Source: Lingula anatina (Eukaryota > Animalia > Brachiopoda). Taken from it: a stretch of 64,000 nucleotides of DNA. Location: assembly GCA_051362555.1 (NCBI GenBank), contig CM120641.1:41298401-41362400 (forward strand). The letters are read 5' to 3'. Below the pieces are notes generated by a model, which saw only the letters and a program-made list of their open reading frames with translations, was not told where the DNA came from and made no database searches. A program made the position numbers and the translations under genes. Positions 15,228-26,800 of this stretch are shown piece by piece (the first letter of the stretch is position 1; every line of letters begins with the position of its first letter).

Positions 15228-18200
15228 GCCACCCAGAGTGTCAGAGATACACTGTAACTCATATAGTATATAATATGTATGTCTCTGCTGATTCCAGTTA
15301 TTTCTAAAATTAAGGGCTGGTTTCACAAAAGAACCTTTTCCAAAAAATCTGTCTGAACTTTAACATCAAATATTTGGTCCACTCCAGTTCAAAAATTCAT
15401 TGTAGTAGTTTACTTAAATAAAGTACTAGTAGGTGCTGGCCTGAAACATTAGATATATATTTTGTGGGTTGAAGTGGAATAAAAATTTAACATTCAAACC
15501 CCCTCCCTCCTCCAGTCCAGTGTTCCAAAACTACAGTAGCCTGTGCATCCCATTTATATCTTACTGTGACTGTTCCTTTAACCAACAGTTAAAATCAGCC
15601 TCAACTCACTGACTTAAGTTGTTGATTAAATAAACTTTCATAGCAAACTTAACTGACTGTTTCACAAAGCTGATGAAATTCTTTAGAAGACACTCAAGCT
15701 TGTTATGAAGACATCTAGTAGTCAACTTCATCAGAAACAGGAAGCTTTCATGTTAAATGCACCATACAGGTGTTACGAGACAAGATAAATGGTCAAGTTA
15801 AGTACTTTGGTCAGGGAGGCCCATATTGATTGTCCAAGTCACACAATAAAGTCACACAATCAGACAACAAATAACAATTCAACAAGACATCACTGGACTG
15901 GCTTCTGGTCACCATCCTTGGACCTTTAATTATGAAAAGAAATTCTTCTAAAAAGTCAGGAAATATAAAATGACTAAAACAGACTCCTCCAACAGAGTTG
16001 TTTGTTTGAAAATCAAATGACCTGGGGGAAGAAAAAAAGCGTCACCTTAAAAATTGACACTTGAAAATTTGTGCCTTTTTTAAATGCCCAATATGACAAT
16101 GAAAACAGAAAGACACTAGCTTTTGGACAAATACTTAATTATATACATGTACATGCAAGCACTTTATTTCAACCAAAACACAAAGTGTGTGTGTGTGTGT
16201 GTGGAAACTTCTGATAAAGCTGATGATGACCAACTTTAACATATGTGACTAATCCCCTTGGATTTAAACTTGACAGTTCCTCTTCAAGACAAACATCCTT
16301 AATCAGAATTTAAATATTACACCAACACCTGGGACGCTGTAATATTAATTCACGTTTAATTTCACGGTTTGCCACTGCCAAGCTCACAGAGAGAATGAGG
16401 AGAGAGAGAAAGAAAGTGAACTAAGAAAAGGAACACTGTATAGCCTTGGATACAAAATATTCCCAGTCAATATCTTAATCATATCTTTGCATGTTTATTA
16501 CTCCAGTGGGAGCTGACAGCTTCTAGATAATCATCATGATCTTGAATTATTAATTACATGACAGATGATACCCAAGCTTACCTACACTGTGACCTGGTGT
16601 TGTCCAAGTGACACCACAACATGTATTCAAAGCACCATATATCACTGGATAAAAGACTGTCTACCTGGCTACTTCCAAGGTGCGTTTTAAAACAGATTAC
16701 CTTGGGCCAGTTAAACAAGAAAAATTAAGACTGAAAGTGGGTTTGAACTTTAAGTTATTAAGTTGTACTTAACTTTGAGAAAACAATGGGAACAAAAAGG
16801 ACAAAAAGTTGGACTTGTTAAGACCAAATTTTGCAGTCTAATTTTACTCAGAATAAATCATTGGAAGCCTACTTGAGAATATTGCACCTTTTTCATGAGC
16901 AGAAAGAATGACCAGTATTTAAGAACAATATAGTATCTTTGACTGATCTTCATTAGACTTATCCTGAACTGAAGTAGACCAATAGTCACCTTATTTAAAT
17001 AGATCACTACAGATTTTTGGCCTTAAAGTTAAGACCAGCTTCAGGTCAAAAGTCCTTTGTGAAACCAACCCCTGCTTAATAGCCGAGGCATGTGTAATCC
17101 ATGCTCACCTAGCCCCACACTACAGACACCTGTTGTTCTTCTAAATTCAGTTTACACAACAGGGAGGTGTAAGATATACAAGTCACACAGACTGGAGTTA
17201 ATCATTAAACAATCTCCTTAATCACATGCTTGGTTGTATTTGAGAGGTTGGGGGCGTGTGCATGGTAGGGGACTAATACCAAGAATACCTATGAATTCAG
17301 GGAATTTTCCTTTAGATTAATAAAGATAGATCTATAAATGAAACTTTAAGATGAACAGAAAAAAAGAAGCACAAACTTGAAGTAAATTCCTTTCAAGTTC
17401 CAGATTTATTATAAGATTATTTGTTTTTCTTCCCATTTTGTATGTACTTACTTTGCATGTGTACGTGTGGGGGGAGGGGATATTAGCAGGATAAAATATA
17501 TTAACCATGCTTGCCATTTTCATGAACAACTCAGTAAAGACTACAAAATAACTTATTAAATGTAATATTGCAGCAACCAAACCTAATCAATCCCAGCAAC
17601 ATAAAGCTTTTGCTTAGAATATTGAATAACAGAGAATATTTACACACCAGGTCATATTTTCTTTGTGACTTATATCTTCCAGTCAAAATCCATGATACAA
17701 GAAGAGTTGAACCAGTTATTATTTGCTGACCTTTCTAGCCAATTACCCCTCAAATAGAATCTGTGATAATCCTTGTCAACACAGCACTCTGTGGGTCTCT
17801 ATGCTTTAATACCCTATTCAGAGGCTGGTCTAAGCATAAACTATAATAATAGTTTATGCTGTAAAATTGCAGCCTGAGTGTTGAAGTTGTAGAATGTTAA
17901 AAGAGTACATGTACTTGATAGGTAAAATTAAATAAGGTAAGAGCTTATATGTTAAAACTAAGGTTTCTTATACACTTGAAAGGTAACACGAACATTCAAA
18001 AGACAATTACTAGTATTTATAAACCCAGCAATTTCAAAGGGCCGTTAGCCTGTTAGTTTGAAAGAGTAGAGCTTTTAACCAAGAAACCTACGTGTGTTCA
18101 TAAGAACCCAAATCAAATTTGAATTTAAGACAGAGCTGATTCTTTTTAAACCCCCCCCCCCCACACACACACACATACATACACACAAACATACAAATAT

Positions 18201-20545
18201 CAGTATGGCCATGAGTTGTACCTCTATTGAGTCACCTCTATTTGGTCAAGATTTTTTTTATCAAATTCAAGTTAAATTTATCTGTTTATGGCAAATATTT
18301 GTGTTTGAGAGATAGAGCAAGGTTATTCAGAAATGGTTTCAAAGAGCAAGCAAGATCCTAATAAATTCTTAGCATATCATGTCCAAAAACTGTTATCTTT
18401 TCAATGACATGTGAAGCACCATAAAAATGATTAACTGATCTTGGAGAAAACATAATTCTCAATAATTCAGGTTCACTATGATTTTACATTACCTTAGATG
18501 TTAAGAAGACAGTTAAATTGCATGAAAGCATGAGATATATACATTTATATACTAGTACATGAAAACAGAACACCCTTTTTGGTTTAATAGTTTAAACACA
18601 TCATTCAAAATTACTCAAATTCATAATTTAAACAATTACCTAATTTTCTACTACAATTTTACTAATACCTTGTTGTTGAAATTGTTTTTGCATTACCTCT
18701 CCAGCCAAGAATTCTAAGGACTAAGACTGCATTCACAACCTATTAATCCATGGAATAACAAATCTGTGGATCAAATATGGCCGTCCCACTTGAAGGCTTG
18801 TTGCATAACCCCGTAAGGCTGCATTCAGAACAGTGGACTAACTAGTCCGCGGGGCAAATATGGCTGACCCACTTGAATACTGTCTAAATCTATTCAGTGT
18901 CCATTAGCGAATAAGATGGCAAGCTTTTTAGTGGGTTGCCATATTTGACCCTCAGATTAGTTAGTCCACTGTTCTGAATGCGGCCAAATAAACACTGAAC
19001 AGATTTGTCACTTTCAAGTGGGTCAGCCATATTTGATGAGTGGATCTGTTTGTCTCCCAATCAACTCTGATTGTGAATGCAGCCTTAGACCCTGTTCCTT
19101 AGATACTTAGATCAATCTAGCAGGATCGACCCATCTCCGAAGGGTTTCTCACTAAATTGCTTTTAGCTTAAGTGGCTCTGATGTCTGGCATGCCTACTGG
19201 AGCTATTAGGGGGTAATTAACTATCCTTTAGCAGCTTCAGTAGGCGTGTCAGACATCTGAGCTGCATAAGCTGAAAGCAATTTAGCGAGAAATCCCTACG
19301 AGTAGGGTCGATCCTGCTAGATCGATCTAGGTATGGAAATGGGTCTAAGTGATTAACGGTTACTTAGATCAACATGTTAGATATGGTATATCCAATTATA
19401 TTACCAGAAACTTACTAAATTAATTTTTATGGCTTGAGTTGCATATCATGACTTTCCTTGCATTTGGAAAGGCAATCTTTTATCCATCAATAACAATGTA
19501 TTTTGCCTAGTTTACAACATTCTTTATATGGAGTACACTTTTCAAAATGTAAATTCATTCTCAACGATGCAAAATTATTCCATTTATCACAGATATAAGA
19601 AAATTTTAAGATATATTTAAAAGTTTGTTTTTCTTTTCCGTTACTGTTGGGAGGGGCCCTCTTGACATGTAGCTGTATGAACTGGTTGCATGCTTCAAGT
19701 GCTTAGATGTAATCAAACTGGCTAGATATGTGATTTGAATTTTGTAGCCTTCAACAAAAATGACATTCAAACTTCTATAATTGAGCAAAGTAAGCTAGAC
19801 CTGTTTCCTTGATGTGAGTCTAGTATCTTATTCTCTCTCTTTATTTTTAAATCTAATTTATAAATACTTAAAGGACCTACAAAGAATGCAAAATTCAGAA
19901 CTTTGGGCTATCAGGATATACATGTACTAGTATATGTATTTAAAACACATCATACACATCATCAAGCACAATGATTCAAAATTCTGAAAATCAGAAAATT
20001 ATCTTACTTAACCTAAAAAAGATTTTAAAGTATTTGCCTTGAAAAGTTTATTCTAAATGAGCAGAAATGGAAAAAAATGAAAAATCTCTAGTTTCTCAAA
20101 AATGTTTTGTTATTTTCAAGAGGTCTCCAGAAAATATCTAACCTACTTCTTCATCAGTTCATGTCTTCGAAAGTCAATTAACATGGTTTTGTTGACTGTC
20201 AATTAAGATAATTGATCAATTAATAATTAATTAATCAAGGTAAAATGTCTTAGGGGGTCGTCCGTTCCACTTGCCACACAAACACGACCAAAAAGACTTT
20301 GAACAAGAGATACATGAGTTAAAACACATCCTATAGTATTTATAAAAATATTGTCCAAAACAAATTGTAGCAGAATCTTACCCTCTCCCAACCAGCAGTC
20401 GTAATGCATCCAAGTTGCCGAAGTAGGCGGCCCAGAGTGTAGGGGTCATTCCATCTTCGTCAGGGGTGTCTGCGTCTTTTCTGGTAGCTTCTCTGAGTAA
20501 ATCCAAATAACCGTCTCTAGCCGCTTGGTGGAATTTGGTTGCCAT
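9849..20545 (-). CDS. USH1G: SANS/Usher syndrome 1G-like scaffold (ankyrin repeats, SAM domain, PDZ-binding tail); USH1G/ANKS4B family
   Basis: Exon 1 20545-20382 encodes [45 protein letters not shown] (phase 2). A 9.2-kb intron follows. Exon 2 11151-9849 encodes [15 protein letters not shown]..., the central [11 protein letters not shown] motif, a SAM domain ([11 protein letters not shown]...PLGPRRKIL) and a C-terminal DTHL class I PDZ ligand. Confidence 0.93.
13440..13553. mobile_element. Half copy of palindromic MITE family A
   Basis: CTAGCAGGATC...CTAAATTGC...CTTAAATGTCTG...GGGGATAATTAA matches the left arm of the full palindromic copy at 19085-19348. Confidence 0.55.
15313..17073. mobile_element. 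Possible old non-autonomous TIR element (~1.76 kb) in the USH1G intron
   Basis: GGGCTGGTTTCACAAAAG (~15314) is an imperfect inverted match to CCTTTGTGAAACCAACCC (~17053-17070). A similar end occurs at ~49888. The TSD is unclear and there is no ORF. Confidence 0.35.
18723..19086. mobile_element. MITE family B, with one copy nested inside a related copy
   Basis: Outer ends are GACTGCATTCACAA...TTGTGAATGCAGCC. The inner element (~18817-18985) has TIRs GGCTGCATTCAGAACAGTGGACTAACTA / TAGTTAGTCCACTGTTCTGAATGCGGCC. Both share AAATATGGC.GACCCACTTGAA. Relatives lie at ~33381-33535 and ~37035-37437. Confidence 0.7.
19085..19348. mobile_element. Fully palindromic (fold-back) MITE, family A
   Basis: A ~260-bp imperfect hairpin centred on TAATTA (~19214-19219). 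Examples: GATCAATCTAGCAGGATCGACCC vs GGGTCGATCCTGCTAGATCGATC, and ends TTAGACC...GGTCTAA. Confidence 0.75.
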
Positions 20546-20885
20546 ATTTAAAAGTACTCGGTTTATCACATTTTAAAGCAGATAAACCATCCCCTACACG
20601 AGCGCACTTGCTTTCTAAACTTTCGAGTTTTGACTGCTGGAGGGTTGTAGCTAAAACTTGGATTGTATATCTGAGAAGGCGAAACGATCACATCTGCATT
20701 CCAAGTCTTTATTGTTTCCTATTTTTTAAAATTATCAACTCACTCGAACCAATAATTTATTTAAAAATCACTTTGATGCTCCATACAAATTACTGTTTTA
20801 TACTACATTTGTACGTTTTTTTTTTTTTTTTTTTTACCAGTGGGGCTAAGCGACTCTCTCAGTGGCCATGTGACAGGCTGCAAAC
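20546..20885. promoter_or_regulatory. Compact bidirectional promoter between USH1G-like and fucosidase
   Basis: Divergent ATGs are only 340 bp apart. There is a long poly(dT) tract at 20816-20835 and an E-box variant CATGTGAC at 20867-20874. Confidence 0.5.
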
Positions 20886-23800
20886 ATGAAAGTTGTAATT
20901 CGTGCCCTGTGCCTTTGTGTTTGTGTTTTGCAACAATGTCTGGGACAATATCAGCCCAACTGGGACTCCTTAGACAAAAGGCCTCTCCCATCGTGGTATG
21001 ACGAAGTGAAAGTGGGCATCTTTATGCACTGGGGAGTATTTTCGGTGCCCAGTTTTCACTCCGAGTGGTTTTGGTGGGATTGGAAAGGAGCGAAGGACAC
21101 CGATCTGATCAAGTTCATGCAAAGGAATTACCCACCAGAGTTTACTTATGCCGATTTTGCACCGTCCTTTAAGGCCGAATTCTACGATCCTAACCAGTGG
21201 GCTGACATCTTGCAAGCATCCGGGGCAAAGTAAGCAAATGTTCACTTTTCTAGCAGTGTACTGAAAGGGGGAGTGATTGATTGTGTTAGAGATGATCAAT
21301 GTCCACTCCAAGCAATTTATGAAACATAAAAGGCCACCATCACGTGAGAAAATGCTCAGTGTCAACCATGGCTCTTTCTTATGCTAGGCTTGGGTTTTAC
21401 ATAGTGCTGTTTAGCTTTATAACCTTACAGTCCATTGATAGCAAATATGCACCAACGTGGGATTCGCTGGATAAAAGACCCCTACCACAGTGGTTTGATG
21501 ATTCTAAAGTAGGAATTCTAATATGCTGGGGAGTATATTCAGTCCCAGCTTGGGGAGGATGGGGCGCAGAGTGGTTTTGGTGGTGGTGGAAAGGTGCTAA
21601 TCAAACTAAGTACATAGATTACATGAGCAAAACGTACCCACCCGGTGTCACCTTTCAGGATTTGGCTGCCTCTTGGAGAGCACAATTGTATGATCCCAGT
21701 GAGTGGGCAGACATATTTAAAGCAGCAGGAGCAAAGTGAGTATAAGACTGCATTCCCACAGATTTTAGATCGATCTATCACCGTGGGGAGTCTCACTAGA
21801 TTAATGTCGGCTTAGCCGGCTTAAATGTCTGCCCCACCTACTAAAAGCTGTAAGGGGTTAATTAACTTCTGTGCGCCCTCAGCTGACAGCAAATTAGCGT
21901 GAACCCCCAGGGAGTTAGGTGGACCCAGATGGATCGATCTAAATCTGTGGGAATGCATTCTAAGACCCCTTTCTTGTAGATACCACCGGTCTACGTAGAT
22001 TGATCCACCTCTGCAGGAACTCTTGCTCAATCATTGAGCTATGTTTTATACACATGTAGGTGAGACCCTGATATTGCAGGTGCAATCAGCATCCTTTACC
22101 ACATATATCTTTGTCTTTTACGTTGTCAAGTTAACGTCCTCATCAACCAGTCAGAGAGAGTGAAACAATTTTTGTGTCAATGTATCATGTAATTGAATGC
22201 AGTGATGGCCTTATGCTGTAGTAAGATAAGAAACCCAAAGTGAGAGAGCACTCGGCTGCAATGATTGTTGAAGGTAAAGGCCATAAAACATAAATTTTAC
22301 ATTAAGTTAATTTCCCGTATTGTATTGCAAATGTATGGTGTTCTATTTTAAGGTGTCATAGCTGCTGTCTGCATGATGTGCATTTTTTGTTAAATGAACC
22401 TTTACCTTAAGATGTTATATGAAAATAATTTGTTATTATTCAACAAGATCTTTTCCAATTTAAGTATTTATCAGTGCTTTTCCAGTTGAATGTATACTGT
22501 AGTTATAACTGACGACCAGCATCCCTTATCCCATATTTAAATGATGAATAGCTTTTCAGCATAATGTAGAATTTACAACATACTGTATACAATATATGAC
22601 AATTGTGACTGAATACATATTCCTTGTAGTTTAGAGGTATAAGTTCAATGTTTGAAACAGTACATAAATCAAATGTGTAAGAGGGTGGGTGGGGTTATGG
22701 AGAATTGTAGAGTCAGTTGATGATTTATTTGTCCATACTGTGATTTATATGATTTAGATAAGACAATTGAGAGAGAGAGGGTGAGGGAGAACCAGTCGTA
22801 CAGTGTTAACTTACATTATATTCTAGTAGGATGTATATGTATTTTGAAGGATAAACTAGTTCATCTCTCTTTACATAAAGACTGTTTCAGCTAAGACTGT
22901 CATTGTTATTCCAGGTACGTGGTGCTCACCAGCAAACATCATGAGGGTTTCACACTGTGGCCATCCAAAGTGTCTTGGAACTGGAATGCCATGGATGTTG
23001 GACCAAAGAGAGATCTTCTAGGTTACTTTCTATCATTTGTAATAATTATGATTACTACTACATCTATTTGTGTATTTTAAAACAGTTGGATGGTACAATT
23101 AAATGAATAAAGACTATTTAATCTAAGAAGACAAATGTTAAAACGTGTTAAAAGTAATAAATGAATTGTAAATGAGGAATAATGAGTTATCTGAAATATA
23201 TTCTGGCACACAAAGGATGTTCTTTGTAAACTATCTGACACACACAAGGTTTTAAATCTATAAACGTTTTCTGAAGTAAAAATGATGGTATAGTTCCTTG
23301 TGAGTAGTGTACTACCTGACTGTGCTGTGTATGATTTAAAAAAAAATTGAAAAGCTAATGCAAATTGGCTGAAATGAGGCTCACTGAGTGCAACATTTTA
23401 CAAAATTTTAATTTTGATATTTTTATTTAGGTGACCTAGCAGTAGCAATTAGAAATAGAACTGACATCCACTTTGGTTTGTACCACTCTCTGTTTGAGTG
23501 GTTCAATCCTCTTTACCTGAAAGATAAGGCTAATAAATTTGCAACTCAAGATTTTGTGAAGGTATTTATGCTTTTAATTATCATTTTTAATCGGCTACAT
23601 ATAATAGATAGAATTTGTATAATGCAGGTGATATTAGGTTGATATACTTAAAGTTTGATAATGCACATGGAGATAATACCGAAATTAATTTAAGGACTTA
23701 AAAATGGGTACTTCGTTTCAGGATAAATTCATTTGAAAAATATGTATTTTTATTTTATATCATTTATTGTAAAACAGGCGTAATATTCCATTTGAATGGG

Positions 23801-26800
23801 ATACTTGATTTGCAATAAGAAAAACTATTGAGTTTGGTCTCAAAATTCTAAAAATAAGAACTATTTGTAACTTTTAGTCTTGACTTCTGTGAAACAGATG
23901 ACAATGGCATTGCCACCATTTTTTTTGAACACATCTAAGACAAAGATCACTGTGTACCTATGACAAAGATTGTCCTTAATACACATCACAAATTTGAATA
24001 TTTTAAATATTTTTTTTTCTTTTTAGACAAAAACTGGCCCAGAGCTGTATGAACTTGTCAACAAATATCAGCCAGAGTTGATTTGGTCAGATGGGGAATG
24101 GGAGGCAGAAGACACTTACTGGAACTCTACTAATTTCATTGCCTGGCTGTATAATGACAGGTATTGATTATTAGATTTTCACTTATTTTCACTCAGGAGT
24201 TCAAATTAAAGTAAAAGAATGCTTTTAAGGTAAAAGTGGGAGCTGTACTGCAGTACAGAATATAGGGGGCATATACTTCCATGTCAAATATACGGTAATG
24301 TGCCATGAATTTCGAACAGTAGAAAATAATTAAATTTGGGAAAAGATCGTTCTGGCCGAAATTCATGAAATGGAGGTGCTCAGAATTTCCGAAAGTTCGA
24401 ATTTCATGGAATTCTGTCAATTTTGACCGGAAGTTGACTGTTCGTCGCTAGGCCTTCTGTTATCTTCTCCCGACGATCTATTTAGAGTTACCATAATGTA
24501 TGATGTGTGAGTGTCGGTATTTGCGACCAAAGGTATACACGTACTTTCACCCGATCACTGTGTATGGCCCATAGATAGAGCGGTACTGTTGTCTAGGGCC
24601 GCAAAACAGCATCGTTATCAGTAGTGTCGTTTTTCAAAAGCGATTCTGGCAGCCAGAAACTAGTGTCGTTTTTCAAAAACGATCCTGGCGCTCAGAACGG
24701 GAGTGGACGGAGGGAGAGACGGCCGACGATTAGCGTCTGCCACGGCCAGATAACCTTTACTATGGAAGCTTAGTGTTACCGTTGCTCCTTTCCGTGCACT
24801 GAAACTGAGACGACAGCCGATCAGTGTCTATGGCGCACGTGCAGGTAGCCTTCATCTGCGATAAGTGTCTTCCGCGACCAGGTTCGTTGCCTTTACCGTT
24901 AAAGTCGGGCGGAGCTTTACGCGCGAATGCGTCCTCATCTCGCCGTTCGCGGGTCGGTGTCTCCGACGCATACGTAGCCTTCCCTGCAGAAGCCGGCCTT
25001 GGCACTACGGCCTCTCCTCCGTGCGGGGAGGCCACTACGACCGCAGATCGGTATGTGCGGCGCACAGGTAGCCTTCGCCACGGCAGCCGAACTGTATTAC
25101 GGTCTCTCTCCGTCGTGCGCTGCGACCAAGATGACCGCTGATTGTTGTCTGCGATCAAATATACTAGGTTTGGGGGGGGGGGGGGTGCAGGGCCGTTTTT
25201 TTTTTTTTTCCGCTCAGGCAACCCAATCTTAACCAGCAGCAGCAACTGATTTCCTGGCGCATAGTTGCGTCAATGTACGCATTTGAAAAGCGTGTACGTT
25301 TTGTCATTGAAACCATCTTCAAACAAACGCGAGAGATAGGTAATCTAGATTAAACCGAAAAGACAGCTTTTATATTCGTTCAAGGGACTGGAAGATCGTC
25401 AATGGGAGATACAGTAGTGAGCGATCTGAGCGCGACAATAAGCCAATTTCCACACTAGTTCAAGGGACTTCGTTACTATATTCGTCAGCAAGAGATCGTC
25501 AGCGATCCGAGCAAGCATAGAAGCTTGGACTTTTTGTCCATGCTAGAAGGCAATTTTCAGGTAGTCAGCAGGATATGGTTTGCAGATTTGCGACAGGGGC
25601 GTAACCAGGCATACGCACGGATACACTGTGCGTATATAATTTTTTGGCCAACCATGATATTATTCTCTATAAATCTAGTGTACTTTTCAAGGAATATTAT
25701 CGAAAATCCCCTTCGATTATAAGTTAATGTCACCTGAATGTACAAATTCTCTGTATAATTTATATATGCACCATTGTTCTGACACCCTTCTCGTTTGCTT
25801 TCACAGAACTGAGGTAAACAATACTAGTTACCATCTGAAGTCCGATCTTAATCGTCCATCTAGCTGGAACTTGCTTTACCTCTTAATTAGAGGGTAAAGT
25901 GCCCTTCAGCTCACAGGTAGCTTTTGTCTTGAGTGTATCGAACGAGATATTTATCTCAGATAAAAATCTACCTGTGTGTTATTTCAAAGAGCTGCTCCAG
26001 CAGACCTGGGGGCACTAGATAAATCTGATCATCGGGCTAAACAAGGAGCCAGAGAAACAAAGGAAGATTGATTTTCCCTGCAAAGTTTCAAAGAATTTTG
26101 ACACGGACTTGATCCAGCTTAACCCTCCAAACTAACGGGGTGGCATGGGCAATTTTTACAAAATTTACAAACAATTAAACTTAGATATATTACAATTTTA
26201 TCCTTTAATATAATTTTGGGAGGCATGCACCCGCATGTAAGCTGGGTGATGTCAGTAAGCCCCTAGTTAGATAAATATACCCTTATGAGCAAGGCTTTTC
26301 CCAGCGAACCGTCCAGCCGTCATTTGGACAGCCGCTGACATCACCGGTCGACCTATATTTTCAAAGACGGCTAGACGGCTTGCGACTTTTTTTTAAAATG
26401 ACGTCTTGGCTTGTCGGGACAGCCGTGGACGTTGTAAGAAATTTTCTTAGAGTAATTTGACGTACCTAGCTTTAATGATGCGTCACAGATGAATGGTACT
26501 ACTTTGTAGTGTACGCTGATATTTAGTCACGACGAAACTACTACCTAAAGCTTACAAAACACAATAAAATGTTTCTATGAACTTTAAGATACACATTCCA
26601 CGCCGTATGCAGCAGTGACAAGAGTGACCTTCATGCGGTACAAAACACTAAGCAAACTACAGGCCAATTTGTGAAAGGGGACACCTTCCGGGCCTTCATA
26701 CGCACGGCAACTGACAAAGCTGATTGACAAAAAGGAAAATTTCAAATTATCAGCGAGAGATCGTTCGCAATCCGAGAGAGACCAGGAGGCAATTTTCATA

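Noticed and set aside
21230-21367. Exons 1a and 1b spliced consecutively into one protein, or 1b as an internal cassette via the TTTTCTAG at 21253
   Set aside because: A 24-nt intron is too short to splice. The intervening sequence has stops and several out-of-frame ATGs, and exon 1b has its own signal peptide. Alternative first exons fit better.
24760-25245. Four overlapping GC-rich ORFs as a possible transposase or captured gene
   Set aside because: No recognisable domain or DDE motif, interrupted by homopolymer runs. Open frames are expected at this GC content.
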